From Candidatus Krumholzibacteriia bacterium (GTDB lineage: Bacteria; Krumholzibacteriota; Krumholzibacteriia; LZORAL124-64-63), in contig JBFXKG010000006.1 in NCBI GenBank assembly GCA_050174015.1, forward strand, positions 32,001-96,000: a stretch of 64,000 nt of DNA. The letters run 5' to 3'. The position numbers and the translations under genes are program-made. Below, piece after piece: positions 50,614 through 60,860 of the stretch. The notes under the pieces were generated by a model, which searched no databases, had not been told where the DNA came from, and saw only the letters and a program-made list of their open reading frames with translations. The stretch's first letter is position 1, and each line of letters starts with the position of its first letter.

Positions 50614-51168
50614 TCAGTTCCAGGGCTTCTCGCGGATCAGGGTGAGGAACTCGCCGCGGGTCTTGGGGTCGTTCTTGAAGCAACCCAGCATCTCGCTGGT
50701 CACCGCATAGGAATTCTGCTTCTGGACCCCCCGCATCATCATGCACAGGTGCTGGGCGTGCAGGACGACCGCCACCCCCAGGGGCTCGAGGTTCTCCATG
50801 AGGCAGGAGGCGATCTGGGCCGTCATGCGCTCCTGGACCTGCAGCCTCCGCGCATGGGCCTCGACCACGCGGGCGATCTTGCTGAGGCCGACGATCTTGC
50901 CGTCGGGGATGTAGGCCACGTGGGCCTTGCCGAAGAACGGCAACATGTGGTGCTCGCAGACCGAGTAGAAATCGATGTCGTTGACCACGACCATCTCCTT
51001 GCCCTCGGCGGTGAACAGCGCCTTGCGCACCATGGCCCCGGGGTCCATGGCGTAGCCCCCGGTGATCTCCCCCCAGGCGCGGGCGACCCTCTCGGGCGTC
51101 TTGAGGAGACCTTCCCGGTCAGGGTCCTCCCCGATGTGCTCCAGCATGCTCCTGATCAGGTGTTCCAT
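50614..51168 (-). CDS. folE: GTP cyclohydrolase I
   Basis: [28 protein letters not shown]. Confidence 0.97.
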   Translation of the reverse strand: MEHLIRSMLEHIGEDPDREGLLKTPERVARAWGEITGGYAMDPGAMVRKALFTAEGKEMVVVNDIDFYSVCEHHMLPFFGKAHVAYIPDGKIVGLSKIARVVEAHARRLQVQERMTAQIASCLMENLEPLGVAVVLHAQHLCMMMRGVQKQNSYAVTSEMLGCFKNDPKTRGEFLTLIREKPWN

Positions 51169-51625
51169 GGAACGCTCCGGGGCCGGACGGCCGGCCTTGC
51201 AGTTTGCACCCAGTGTTCGAGAGGCTCCCGCGGGAGCCGCAGGTTAGGCCATCCAAAATAGTCCCCATCGGCCCGGAACACCAAACCGGACCCTGGACCT
51301 TCCCCCTTTCGTCCGCGCCGAGGCGGGCACGCAAGCTGCTACCTCCCGGCCAGGGCGACATCACCCGGGCGGTTTGCAACCCAAGGGCTGGCCCGCTTTC
51401 CCGGAATCGGCGCACGCGCTCCCCCCGCTGCGCCGGTAGTGGAGGCCAGCCCTTGATCCCCCCGTTTCACCTATCCGTAAACTATGAAATTACAAATCAT
51501 TATCACAGACATCCCTCCTTGCTTTACCCCCCTTGGAACATAAATTTTCCCGGTAGGCCGGGTTCCCCTGGAACCGCCCCGCTTCGTATTCCGCCTGCAG
51601 ACATGTTCATGACAAGGAGCCTGCC

Positions 51626-52492
51626 GTGGGGAACAAGATCGTCTACTCCAAGGAGCTCGCGCCCCAGACGAAGCTCATCGAGGTCGAGGCCGACCACGTC
51701 GCCCGCAGGGGCAAGGCCGGCCAGTTCATCATCCTGCGCGTCAACGACGAGGGTGAGCGCATCCCGCTGACCATCGCGAACCGCAATCCCGACCGGGGGA
51801 CGATCACGCTGGTCTACCAGGTGGTCGGCAAGACGACCGAGATGCTGGCGGCGCTCGACGTCGGGGATGAGATCCACGACCTGGCCGGCCCCCTGGGCAA
51901 GGCCACCGCCATTCCGACGGGCAAGACGGTGGTCTGCGCGGGCGGTGGCATCGGCAACGCGGTGGTGTGGCCCCAGGTCCAGGCCCTGAAGGCAGCCGGC
52001 AACCGGACCATCGCCATCCTCGGCGCCCGCAACAGGAGCCTGCTGATCCTCGAGGATGAGATCAGGGCCCTCGCCGACGAGACCATCATCACCACCGACG
52101 ACGGCAGCTACGGCAGGAAGGGCATGGTCACGCACGCCCTCGACGAGCTGATCGAGCGCGGCGAGAAGATCGACGAGGTCATCACCATCGGCCCGGTGGT
52201 CATGATGAAGTTCGTCTGCAAGACCACCCAGCCCCACGGCATCCCCACCCAGGCCTCCCTGAATCCCATCATGGTGGACGGCACCGGGATGTGCGGCGCC
52301 TGCCGGGTGACCGTGGGCGGCGAGACCCGGTTCGCCTGCGTGGAGGGACCCGAGTTCGACGGCCACCAGGTGGACTTCGACGAGCTGATCACCCGCCTGA
52401 ACTACTACAAGCCCGAGGAGCAGGTCTCCCTCAACGAACACCACCGGTGCAGGCTGGAAACGGCCGCCGACAACCTCAAGCGCGGCGAGTAA
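51626..52492 (+). CDS. nfnA: NfnA/SudB-type FAD/NAD- and [2Fe-2S]-binding subunit
   Basis: GERIPLTI, GGGIG, DGTGMCGACRV...ACVEGPEFD. Confidence 0.88.
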   Translation: MGNKIVYSKELAPQTKLIEVEADHVARRGKAGQFIILRVNDEGERIPLTIANRNPDRGTITLVYQVVGKTTEMLAALDVGDEIHDLAGPLGKATAIPTGKTVVCAGGGIGNAVVWPQVQALKAAGNRTIAILGARNRSLLILEDEIRALADETIITTDDGSYGRKGMVTHALDELIERGEKIDEVITIGPVVMMKFVCKTTQPHGIPTQASLNPIMVDGTGMCGACRVTVGGETRFACVEGPEFDGHQVDFDELITRLNYYKPEEQVSLNEHHRCRLETAADNLKRGE

Positions 52493-52504
52493 GGGAGGAC
52501 CGTC

Positions 52505-53989
52505 ATGGCCGACACCAGCAGTCCCAAGCGGGAAATCAACAAGAGCAAGACCAAGATTCCCATGCGGGAGCAGGCGCCCCAGGACCGCATCTTCAACTTC
52601 GAGGAAGTGCCCCTGGGCTACAACGAGATCGAGGCGACCCAGGAAGCGTTGCGCTGCATCCAGTGCAAGAACAAGCCCTGCGTGGCGGGTTGCCCGGTGG
52701 GCATCGACATCCCCGCCTTCCTGAAGCTGGTCGGCGAGAAGGACTACGAGGGGGCCCTGCGCAAGATCAAGGAGAAGAACTTCCTGCCCGCCATCTGCGG
52801 CCGGGTCTGCCCGCAGGAGGACCAGTGCGAGATGGTCTGCACCCTGAACAAGCCGGACAAGGGCCGCGAGCCCGGCGGCGTGGGCAGGGTGGAGCGCTTC
52901 CTGGGCGACTACGCCATGGAGCACAACCTGACCATCACCCCCGAGGTGGCGCCCCCGACCGGCAAGAAGGTCGCCGTCATCGGCTCGGGTCCCGCCGGAC
53001 TGACCGCCGCCAGCGACCTGGCCCAGAAGGGCCACGACGTGACGGTGTTCGAGGCCCTGCACAAGCCCGGCGGCGTCCTCTTCTACGGCATCCCCCAGTT
53101 CCGGCTGCCCAAGGAGATCCTGGTCCGCGAGATCGACGGATTGAAGGACATGGGCGTGAAGTTCGTGATGAACTATCCGGTGGGGAAGGCGGAGAGCCTC
53201 AACAGCATCCGCGAGCGCTTCGACGCCGTCCTGATCGGCACGGGCGCGGGCCTGCCCTGGTTCCTGGGCATTCCCGGGGAGAACCTCAACGGCGTGTACA
53301 GCGCCAACGAGTTCCTCACCCGGGTCAATCTCATGGGCGGGTACAAGTTCCCCGGCGGGGCGGACACCCCCGTCAAGAAGATCAAGCGCATCGCCGTGAT
53401 CGGGGCCGGCAACACGGCCATGGACTCGGCCCGCACCGCCAAGCGCCTGCAGCCCGAGGTGGTCTACCTGGTGTACCGGCGCAGCCGCCTGGAGATGCCC
53501 GCCCGCATCGAGGAGATCCACCACGCCGAACAGGAGGGGGTGGAGTTCAACCTGCTGCACTCCCCCATCGAGATCGTCGACGACGGCAAGGGGGCGGTCG
53601 GGGCCATCCTCTGCCAGGAGATGGAACTGGGCGAGCCCGACGCCAGCGGACGCCGCCGTCCGGTCCCCATCGAGGGCAAGGTCAAGGAATTCGCCGTGGA
53701 CACGGTGGTCATCGCCATCGGCCAGGGTCCGAATCCCCTGCTGACCGCCGACGTGCCCGAACTGGAACGGGATCCCCGGAAGGGCATCATCCTGACCAAC
53801 GAGTGGATGCAGTCCAGCCTGCCCGACTGCTTCGCCGCGGGGGACATCGTCACCGGAGGGGCCACCGTGATCCTGGCCATGGGCCAGGGCCGCAAGGCCG
53901 CCGACGCCATGCACCGCTACCTGATGACCGGCGACCCCGCCCCGCGGGGCGGAGAATCCGGCGACGTCTGCGGGAACTTCCCGGGCTGA
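52505..53989 (+). CDS. nfnB: NfnB/SudA-type (GltD-like) flavo-iron-sulfur subunit
   Basis: RCIQC...CVAGCP, CGRVCPQEDQCE, GSGPAG, GAGNTAMD. Confidence 0.88.
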   Translation: MADTSSPKREINKSKTKIPMREQAPQDRIFNFEEVPLGYNEIEATQEALRCIQCKNKPCVAGCPVGIDIPAFLKLVGEKDYEGALRKIKEKNFLPAICGRVCPQEDQCEMVCTLNKPDKGREPGGVGRVERFLGDYAMEHNLTITPEVAPPTGKKVAVIGSGPAGLTAASDLAQKGHDVTVFEALHKPGGVLFYGIPQFRLPKEILVREIDGLKDMGVKFVMNYPVGKAESLNSIRERFDAVLIGTGAGLPWFLGIPGENLNGVYSANEFLTRVNLMGGYKFPGGADTPVKKIKRIAVIGAGNTAMDSARTAKRLQPEVVYLVYRRSRLEMPARIEEIHHAEQEGVEFNLLHSPIEIVDDGKGAVGAILCQEMELGEPDASGRRRPVPIEGKVKEFAVDTVVIAIGQGPNPLLTADVPELERDPRKGIILTNEWMQSSLPDCFAAGDIVTGGATVILAMGQGRKAADAMHRYLMTGDPAPRGGESGDVCGNFPG

Positions 53990-54008
53990 TCCCCGATCTG
54001 GACGGAAG

Positions 54009-54040
54009 AAACCCCCGGTCCGCAAGGGCCGGGGGTTTTT
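54009..54040 (+). terminator. Intrinsic terminator after nfnB
   Basis: AAACCCCCGGTCC-GCAA-GGGCCGGGGGTTTTT. Confidence 0.85.
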
Positions 54041-54065
54041 GCGACCCTTGACCGCCGCCTCGCGC

Positions 54066-54671
54066 TCAGAGCAGGGTCCGGGCGAGGTCGGCGAGGACGC
54101 GGGGATAGAGCTCGCATTCCGCCGCGAACACCCGGTCGGCCAGGGAATGGACGTCGTCGCCGGGCAGGACCGGAACCTCCTGCCGGCCGAGGATGCGGCC
54201 GTGGTCGTACTGGTCGTCCACCAGGTGGACCGTGCAGCCGGTGACCTTCTCCCCCGCCTCGAGCACCGCCTGGTGCACCCGGTCCCCGTAAAACCCCTGT
54301 CCCCCGAACTTCGGCAGCAGGGCCGGGTGGATGTTGACCACCGGTCCGGTGAACCAGTCGGGATGGACGTAGAAACACAGGTAGCCGGCCAGGACGATCA
54401 GGCGGGGAGCCAGCGGTTCCAGCCAGGCGTTCACGGCGCCGTTGTGCTCCCGGACTCCCGGGTAGTCCTTGCGCCGGAAGACGGCCGAGGGGATGCCCGC
54501 TTCCTGCGCGACCTCAAGCCCGCGTACGCCGGGCCGGCTGGACACGACGCCGACGACGTCCAGGGGCAGGTCGTCGGATCGGATCCGCGCCAGCAGGTTC
54601 GCGAGGGTCCGGCCGCTCCCCGAAAGCAGGACGGCGGTCCGGACCGCCGCCCGGTCCCGGTCATGCGTCAT
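54066..54671 (-). CDS. purN: Phosphoribosylglycinamide formyltransferase
   Basis: LSGSG, LAGY, NIHPALLP, GCTVH, YDHG. Confidence 0.95.
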   Translation of the reverse strand: MTHDRDRAAVRTAVLLSGSGRTLANLLARIRSDDLPLDVVGVVSSRPGVRGLEVAQEAGIPSAVFRRKDYPGVREHNGAVNAWLEPLAPRLIVLAGYLCFYVHPDWFTGPVVNIHPALLPKFGGQGFYGDRVHQAVLEAGEKVTGCTVHLVDDQYDHGRILGRQEVPVLPGDDVHSLADRVFAAECELYPRVLADLARTLL

Positions 54672-55218
54672 GGTTCGCCTCCTTCGCTTCGCGGTCGGGA
54701 CCCGGCAGGATCTCCCGCGCCAGCCTGGACAGGACCCGGCGGTGCGCGGCGAAGGCGATCGGCCCCGGCAAATCGTCCAGGGGATGGAAGCCCGCCTCGG
54801 CCGCGTCGTCCCCGGCGCAGAGTTCGCCGCCGACCTCCTCGGCCCGGTAGAACACCACCAGCACGGGCCGGTCGGGAGGCAGCATCCCCGTTTCCACCGC
54901 GTAGAGGCCGGCCAGCCGCACCACGAGTCCGGTCTCCTCCAGGGTCTCCCGGACCGCCGTCTCCTCCACGGTTTCGTCCCACTCCATGAAGCCCGTGGGC
55001 AACGACCACAGTCCCTGCCGGGGCGGGAACTTGCGCCGGACGAGACAGACCGCGCCGTCCCGCACCAGGATCACCCCGGCCCCGGGCGCGGGGTTGAGGT
55101 ACTGGACAAAGCCGCATTCGGAGCACCAGGGCCGCTCTCGGCCCCCTTCGGAGCGCGAGCCGAGTTCGCTCCCGCAACGGGGACAGAAGACGAAGCGGTG
55201 ACGGTCGACCGCGGTCAT
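54661..55218 (-). CDS. NUDIX hydrolase with N-terminal zinc ribbon
   Basis: CPRCG...CSECG; Nudix box GFMEWDETVEETAVRETLEETG. Confidence 0.92.
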   Translation of the reverse strand: MTAVDRHRFVFCPRCGSELGSRSEGGRERPWCSECGFVQYLNPAPGAGVILVRDGAVCLVRRKFPPRQGLWSLPTGFMEWDETVEETAVRETLEETGLVVRLAGLYAVETGMLPPDRPVLVVFYRAEEVGGELCAGDDAAEAGFHPLDDLPGPIAFAAHRRVLSRLAREILPGPDREAKEANHDA

Positions 55219-56819
55219 GGGCGCCTCCCCCTTCCGCGTTCAGGGATCACGCCCAGGAGGATCCAACCCGCCACGAAGCCCAGCAGGGGCCAGGCCCCGA
55301 GCCTCACGTAGAGCGTCCCGCCGTCGCCCGGGGTGATGCTGGCGGCGACCATTCCCCGGCGTCCCAGCTCGAGCCAGTCCAGGATGCGTCCCTCGGCGTC
55401 GCCGATGAAGCTGATCCCGTTGTTGGCGCAGCGGATCACCGGGACCCCGCACTCGACCGCCCGCAGTCGCGCCAGCCAGGCGTGCTGCCGCGGTCCCGCC
55501 GTCCGGCCGAACCAGCCGTCGTTGGTGATGACCACCAGGCACCCGCTGCCGTCCCGCACCGGTCCCCGGGCGAGGTCGGAGAAGATCGATTCGAAGCAGA
55601 TCATGGCGGAGAATCGGAAGCCATCCAGGGGGGGACCGGCGGCCAGGGGCCGCGGGTACGGACCCGGCGTCCACTCGGCCTGGCCCACGTCGACCTTCGC
55701 CAGGAACGGCAGGAGCGAAGTGAAGGGCATCGCCTCGCCGATGGGCAGCAGGTGATGCTTGGCGTACTGGTCGATCAGGGCCCCGTCCGGCGAGAAGAGC
55801 CCCGAGGAGTTGGTCGTCGTGATGCCCCCGTCGGGCCTGCGTTCCGCATCGGGGAACCCCGTGAAGACGTGGGCCCCCGACTTGCGGACCACCTCCCGGG
55901 TCCAGGCCAGCAGAGGATTGTCATGGCGCACGTAGGCGGGCACCGCGGTCTCCGGCCAGACGATGAAGCGCGCTCCCCGGTCCGCCGCCCGCGCGGTCCA
56001 TTCGGCCAGCGGCACGCGCGTCGAGTCGAGCTTGTCCTTCGCCCACTTGTCCGCGAGGGCCACGTCGGGCTGGATGGCCGCGACCTGGAGCTCGGCCGGC
56101 CCGCCCCCGCCGACGTCGGCCGGGCCGGGCCGCACCATCAACGCCCCGGCTGCGAGCCAGACCCACCACAGGAGAGCCATGGCGGCTATGGGAACGACAC
56201 GCCGCCGGTCGCCGCGGGGACCCCCTTCCCCCGAGCCTGGCAGCACCACGGCCAGCAGAGCGGCCAGGAAGGCGATCCCGGCGCCGACCCCGATCTCGCC
56301 CGAGGTCCGGGCGAGCCCCAGCAGGGGCGTGCCGATCAGGGCGGAGCCGCTCAGGCACCAGGAGAAGCCCAGCTCCCCGCGGGACCGCAGGGCCTCCATC
56401 CCGATCCACAGCACCGGCAGCAGCCAGGCTCCGCTGCGCCGGAGAACGCCGGACCGCAGCTTGCCGTAGACCCAGCCCATCGCCAGATAGAAGCAGGAGA
56501 CGTAGAGGATGGCGCCGAGGGCCTGGATGGGCACCAGGGCCCGGGTGGGGATGGTCTTCGCCGGATCGAGGAAGAACAGCCAGTGCAGCAGGGTGGCCTG
56601 GTGGACGAGGCCGAACACCAGGGCGGTGCGTCCCGGCCGGGGGGCCGACCGCAGCACCCGGAACAGCAGGGCCACGGGGACGGGGGCCAGCAGCCCCGTC
56701 CAGGCGAACGGAGGCAGGGCCAGGGTCAGACCCAGGCCCGCGAGTCCCGCCTGCAGATAGGACCGCCTGGCGCCGCCGGGCATGCGCAGGGGCGCGTCGT
56801 CATCCTGCCGGAATTCCAT
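55215..56819 (-). CDS. lnt: Apolipoprotein N-acyltransferase
   Basis: WPETA, YAKHHLLPIGE, ICFES, TNDGWF, RAVE, ANNGIS. Confidence 0.95.
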   Translation of the reverse strand: MEFRQDDDAPLRMPGGARRSYLQAGLAGLGLTLALPPFAWTGLLAPVPVALLFRVLRSAPRPGRTALVFGLVHQATLLHWLFFLDPAKTIPTRALVPIQALGAILYVSCFYLAMGWVYGKLRSGVLRRSGAWLLPVLWIGMEALRSRGELGFSWCLSGSALIGTPLLGLARTSGEIGVGAGIAFLAALLAVVLPGSGEGGPRGDRRRVVPIAAMALLWWVWLAAGALMVRPGPADVGGGGPAELQVAAIQPDVALADKWAKDKLDSTRVPLAEWTARAADRGARFIVWPETAVPAYVRHDNPLLAWTREVVRKSGAHVFTGFPDAERRPDGGITTTNSSGLFSPDGALIDQYAKHHLLPIGEAMPFTSLLPFLAKVDVGQAEWTPGPYPRPLAAGPPLDGFRFSAMICFESIFSDLARGPVRDGSGCLVVITNDGWFGRTAGPRQHAWLARLRAVECGVPVIRCANNGISFIGDAEGRILDWLELGRRGMVAASITPGDGGTLYVRLGAWPLLGFVAGWILLGVIPERGRGRRP

Positions 56820-56941
56820 GTCGGGCAAGTTAGCCTGCCCCCCGGCTCCTGTCTAGATCGGGTTCCCCGGCGGACCCCGGCCCCCGGCCCGGTTCGCGAA
56901 CCCGGATGACCTGGACCGGAGGATCGCCTGCCGCCGCGCCG

Positions 56942-58456
56942 TCAAGGGGACGCGATCAGGTCGGTCATCCCGTACCTCTGGATCTTCTTGTAGAGGCCCT
57001 GACGGGACAACCCCAGGCGGCGGGCGGCGGCTGCCTTCCGCCCGCCCGCCGCGGCGATGGCCTTGCGGATGAGATACCGTTCCAGCATCTCGCCGGCCTT
57101 GTCCAGCTCCCGCAGCGTGCCGAGATCGGCCGGGTCGACGGGACTGGTGCCCTGATCCCTGATCTCCGGGGACAGGTGGTGGAGCTCGACCGTGGAGACC
57201 TGGGGGTAGAGCGCCAGGAAGCGCTGCACCTCGTTCTCCAGCTCACGCACGTTGCCGGGCCACCGCCAGGCCTGGAGCGCGGCCAGGCATTCGTCGGTCA
57301 TGGTCATCCGGGGAATGGGCCGGCCGTTGCGGCGCAGGAAGTAGGCGAAGAGGTGGGCGACGTCCTCGGGCCGGTGGCGGAGGGGCGGAACCTCCAGGCT
57401 GACGACCTTCAGGCGGTAGTAGAGGTCCAGGCGGAAATTGCCGGCGGCGATCTCGGCGAACAGGTTCTTATGGGTCGCGGCCACGAAGCGGATGTCCACC
57501 GGCCGCGCCTGCAGCTCCCCGATGCGCCGGACCTTCCGCTCCTGCATGACCCTCAGCAGCTTGATCTGCAGGGACAGGGGCATGTCCCCGATCTCGTCCA
57601 GGAAGAAGGTCCCCCCGTCGGCGGACGCGAGGAGCCCCTTCTTGTCACCGGCCGCCCCGGTGAAGGCCCCGGCGCGGTGCCCGAACAGCTCGCTCTCGAA
57701 GAGCGTTTCGGGCAGGGCCGCGCAGTTCTGGCCCACGAACGGTCCCTTGCCCCGCGGCCCGAGGGCATGGACGGCCGCGGCGATGATCTCCTTGCCGGTG
57801 CCGCTCTCGCCGTAGAGCAGGACGTTGGCCTCGCTCCGGGCCACACCCTGCAGGGTCGCACCCAGCCTCACCATCTCCTCGCTGACCCCGATGCAGCCGG
57901 GAATCCCCGGGATGGTCTGGGGCCTGGGCAGGGGTCGGTCCCCCTTGCGGTCGACGGGCGCGCGACGGCGGCCTCGTCCCGGCCCGCCTCCATCCATCCC
58001 CACGCCGGAGGCCGGGAACAGGCGCAGCTGGCCGGGGGGGTCCGGCCATCCATCCCCGTCCCCGCACACGTCCAGCTGGGGCAGGAGGGGTCCCAGCCGA
58101 CCGGCCAGCCTCTGGACCCAGAGGAAGATCCCCTCCCGCCACGGCTCGTCGGCCTCGAACCACAGGGCGAGGCTGCCGTAGGACCGCTCCCCCGTCCCCA
58201 GGGGTTCGATCCAGAGCGCGGCCTTCCCGTCGGGAAACAGGAGTTCCTCCCGCTGGTCCTGGATCGCCCTCATCATGGCGCCCAGCGGGGGGCCCAGGGC
58301 GGACCTGACGGCGGGGCTGCCCAGGGACCAGCGGAAGACGAGATGGAGCGGCCCGGCGGGATCGGGCCCCTCGCGGCGGACCACCCAGAGGGCGGCCGCT
58401 TTGCAACCATGCGGAAAAGTCCGGATTTCCTCGTTCCAAAACAGTCTGGTATTCAT
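56942..58456 (-). CDS. sigma54-dependent enhancer-binding protein (AAA+ and Fis HTH; divergent GAF-like N-domain)
   Basis: GESGTGKE, GAFTGA, FLDE, DLYYRL, WPGNVREL, LGLSRQGLYKK. Start at MNTRL is inferred. Confidence 0.9.
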   Translation of the reverse strand: MNTRLFWNEEIRTFPHGCKAAALWVVRREGPDPAGPLHLVFRWSLGSPAVRSALGPPLGAMMRAIQDQREELLFPDGKAALWIEPLGTGERSYGSLALWFEADEPWREGIFLWVQRLAGRLGPLLPQLDVCGDGDGWPDPPGQLRLFPASGVGMDGGGPGRGRRRAPVDRKGDRPLPRPQTIPGIPGCIGVSEEMVRLGATLQGVARSEANVLLYGESGTGKEIIAAAVHALGPRGKGPFVGQNCAALPETLFESELFGHRAGAFTGAAGDKKGLLASADGGTFFLDEIGDMPLSLQIKLLRVMQERKVRRIGELQARPVDIRFVAATHKNLFAEIAAGNFRLDLYYRLKVVSLEVPPLRHRPEDVAHLFAYFLRRNGRPIPRMTMTDECLAALQAWRWPGNVRELENEVQRFLALYPQVSTVELHHLSPEIRDQGTSPVDPADLGTLRELDKAGEMLERYLIRKAIAAAGGRKAAAARRLGLSRQGLYKKIQRYGMTDLIASP

Positions 58457-58800
58457 GATTCCCCCCGGCGCATGAGGCGAGCACGTCCAAGGACACCTGG
58501 CCCTCCAGGGCCGCCATCCTTCAGCAGGCGCCGGGCCCGGAAGAGTGGGGTCACGAAATGGGGATGGAATAAATTCAAGAATACATAAAACGTTTAACCA
58601 TAAAATTTTGGAAGAAGTTCCCAGAATGAACATGAACGACTGGAAATGGCCTGGGAGCGCCCTGAGGTGTCCCGCCGCCGGGACTTTGCGGGACACGATG
58701 GGACACCGGAAAGGCCACGCCGTTGCGTCCCCGGCAATTACACCCGGCGAGCGTTCCGGGACACTCCGTCCTGTTGGGACAGTCCAGGACTGACCCGTTT

Positions 58801-59814
58801 TCAGAATCCCAACTCGACCGGAACCGACCCTTCCCTGACCTCCCCGATGGGCAGGGCGGGGATTCCCGCAGCGGTGTCGAGCGCCAGCCCGGCCGGGACG
58901 AACACCACCATGCCGATCCCCATGTTGAAGACCCGGTACATCTCGGCGGGATCGACGCCGCCCCTGGCGGCGATGAGGGTGAAGATGGGAGGAACGGTCC
59001 AGGCGGTAGGATCGATGACGGCGGTGAGGCCCCCGGGGAGCACCCTGGGGATGTTGTCCGTGAAGCCGCCGCCGGTGATGTGGGCCAGGCCGTGGACCGC
59101 CTCGCGCCCGCAGGCGGACCACACGGCGCGCAGGTCCCCGAGGTAGCTGCGGTGGACGGCCAGCAGCGCCTCGCCCACGGACGCGCCCCCCAGCTCGGCA
59201 GGCCGGTCGGCGACGGTGAAGCCGGTCTTCTCCAGCAGGACCGCCCGGGCCAGGGAATAGCCGTTGGTGTGCAGGCCGGTGCTGGGCAGGCCCCAGATCC
59301 GGTCGCCCGGCCGGATGGCCCGGCCGTCGATGACGTGCTCGGGCAGCACCCGGCCGACGATGGTTCCGGCCAGGTCGAACTCGCCGGCGCCGTAGACACC
59401 GGGCATCTCGGCCGTCTCCCCCCCCAGCAGGGCGCACCCGTTCTCGCGGCAGGCCTTGGCGAAACCGCCGATCACCGCGGGCAACACGTCCTCCTGCAGC
59501 CGCGAGGTGGCGAAGTAGTCCAGGAAGAACAGGGGCTCGGCCCCCTGCACCAGGATGTCGTCCACGCAGTGGTTCACCAGGTCCTGCCCCACCGTGTCGT
59601 AGACCCCGGCCATGCGGGCGATCATCACCTTGGTGCCGACCCCGTCGACGCTCGCCACCAGCAGGGGTCCGCCGGGATCGGGCTGGTACAGCCCGCCGAA
59701 GGCCCCGATCTCGTTGCGGACCCTCCGGTCCCAGGTGGACTTGACGGCGTCTTTGCTGCGGGCGAGGGCCCGGGTGGCGGCGTCGATGTTCACACCGCTG
59801 TCGGCATACTTCAT
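58801..59814 (-). CDS. purM: Phosphoribosylaminoimidazole (AIR) synthetase
   Basis: DGVGTK, GGETAEMPG, GLHTNGYSL, HITGGG, FNMGIG. Confidence 0.97.
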   Translation of the reverse strand: MKYADSGVNIDAATRALARSKDAVKSTWDRRVRNEIGAFGGLYQPDPGGPLLVASVDGVGTKVMIARMAGVYDTVGQDLVNHCVDDILVQGAEPLFFLDYFATSRLQEDVLPAVIGGFAKACRENGCALLGGETAEMPGVYGAGEFDLAGTIVGRVLPEHVIDGRAIRPGDRIWGLPSTGLHTNGYSLARAVLLEKTGFTVADRPAELGGASVGEALLAVHRSYLGDLRAVWSACGREAVHGLAHITGGGFTDNIPRVLPGGLTAVIDPTAWTVPPIFTLIAARGGVDPAEMYRVFNMGIGMVVFVPAGLALDTAAGIPALPIGEVREGSVPVELGF

Positions 59815-59897
59815 GGGAGGCTCCCGGTGGAAGGGCTGGCAACGTCCAGGGGATAGTAAGCGGAGGGAACGCCCCGATCAAGGCCCGGCGAACCGGT

Positions 59898-60860
59898 TCA
59901 GTCGGCGGACTCCCGTTCCCGGAGGGAGTACTGGGCCAGGCGGCGGTTCAGGGCGTCCAGCACCGCGAAGACCACCGCCTGCTGCCGGTTGTGGCGCAGG
60001 GAGCAGGTCCCGAACAGGGTCTCGCTGCGGCGGCCCTCCACCAGCCCGACGGCCGCCAGGAAGACCGGCTGACCGGCGATGGTGGTGGTCCGGATCTCGA
60101 CCAGGTTGAGCAGGACCTTCTCCTTCACGATCCGGTTGACCGCTTCCAGGGCGGCCTCGGCGACCAGGGTCACGTCGCTGTCCGGATGATTGGGGCCCTC
60201 GCGGGTGCCCCGGGCCTCGAACCCGCCGGCCTGCAACTGGACCTCGGCCCGGATCAGGCTCTCCGAGGCCAGGACTCCCACCCCGCTGCACAGGATGCGG
60301 AGGGCTCCGTCCTCGGCGACGAGAATGGCGGGAATGGGGTCGGGGCGGGAACCGGCCACCTCGCCGGGTCCGGTCCCGGACGCGGGTCGCGGCGCTTCGG
60401 GTTCGAGAGGCTGCCCGAACTCGAAATCCCAGTCGTCCTGGTCCTCGAAACCGGGCGGGTGGAAGCTCACGCCGAGGACATCGGGATCAGCGTCAGGCCC
60501 ATCCGTGCAGGGCTCGGGTGCGGGGGAACCCCCGCCGGGCTGGTGGATCCGCGGCGCGGCGCCGGCACCGGGACCGGCGGCGACCGCACGAGGTCCGGCC
60601 ACCGGGTCGCCGCTGTCGAGGACCTGGACGACGCCGATCTTCTTGTAGTAGACGTCGATGCCCAGGCGGGCCTTCAACAGGCTCTCCACGTCCCGGACGA
60701 TGTGCCGCGGCTCCCGCTCGAACCCGGCGACGACGTGGACGCCGGCGACCTCACCGTCGGGATCCAGCTCGATCTTGCACTGAAGGACGCCCTTGATCTG
60801 GCTGATCCAACGCTGTGCGTCGGCGACCCAGGCATCCCTCTCGTTGGGCTCCCACTCCAA
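59898..60860 (-). CDS. Hypothetical two-domain protein with Pro/Gly-rich linker
   Basis: N-domain VHVVA...IVRDVESLL...KKIGVVQ; C-domain ending AVVFAVLDALNRRL; TTG start after GGGAG. Confidence 0.75.
   Translation of the reverse strand: MEWEPNERDAWVADAQRWISQIKGVLQCKIELDPDGEVAGVHVVAGFEREPRHIVRDVESLLKARLGIDVYYKKIGVVQVLDSGDPVAGPRAVAAGPGAGAAPRIHQPGGGSPAPEPCTDGPDADPDVLGVSFHPPGFEDQDDWDFEFGQPLEPEAPRPASGTGPGEVAGSRPDPIPAILVAEDGALRILCSGVGVLASESLIRAEVQLQAGGFEARGTREGPNHPDSDVTLVAEAALEAVNRIVKEKVLLNLVEIRTTTIAGQPVFLAAVGLVEGRRSETLFGTCSLRHNRQQAVVFAVLDALNRRLAQYSLRERESAD

Noticed and set aside
52505..53989. Glutamate synthase small subunit gltD
   Set aside because: It is paired with an NfnA-type gene and no gltB is adjacent, so NfnB/SudA is the better call
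56942..59881. 979-aa ORF as one giant bEBP fusion
   Set aside because: The upstream part overlaps purM in another frame and crosses an AT-rich intergenic region; the real gene probably starts near 58456
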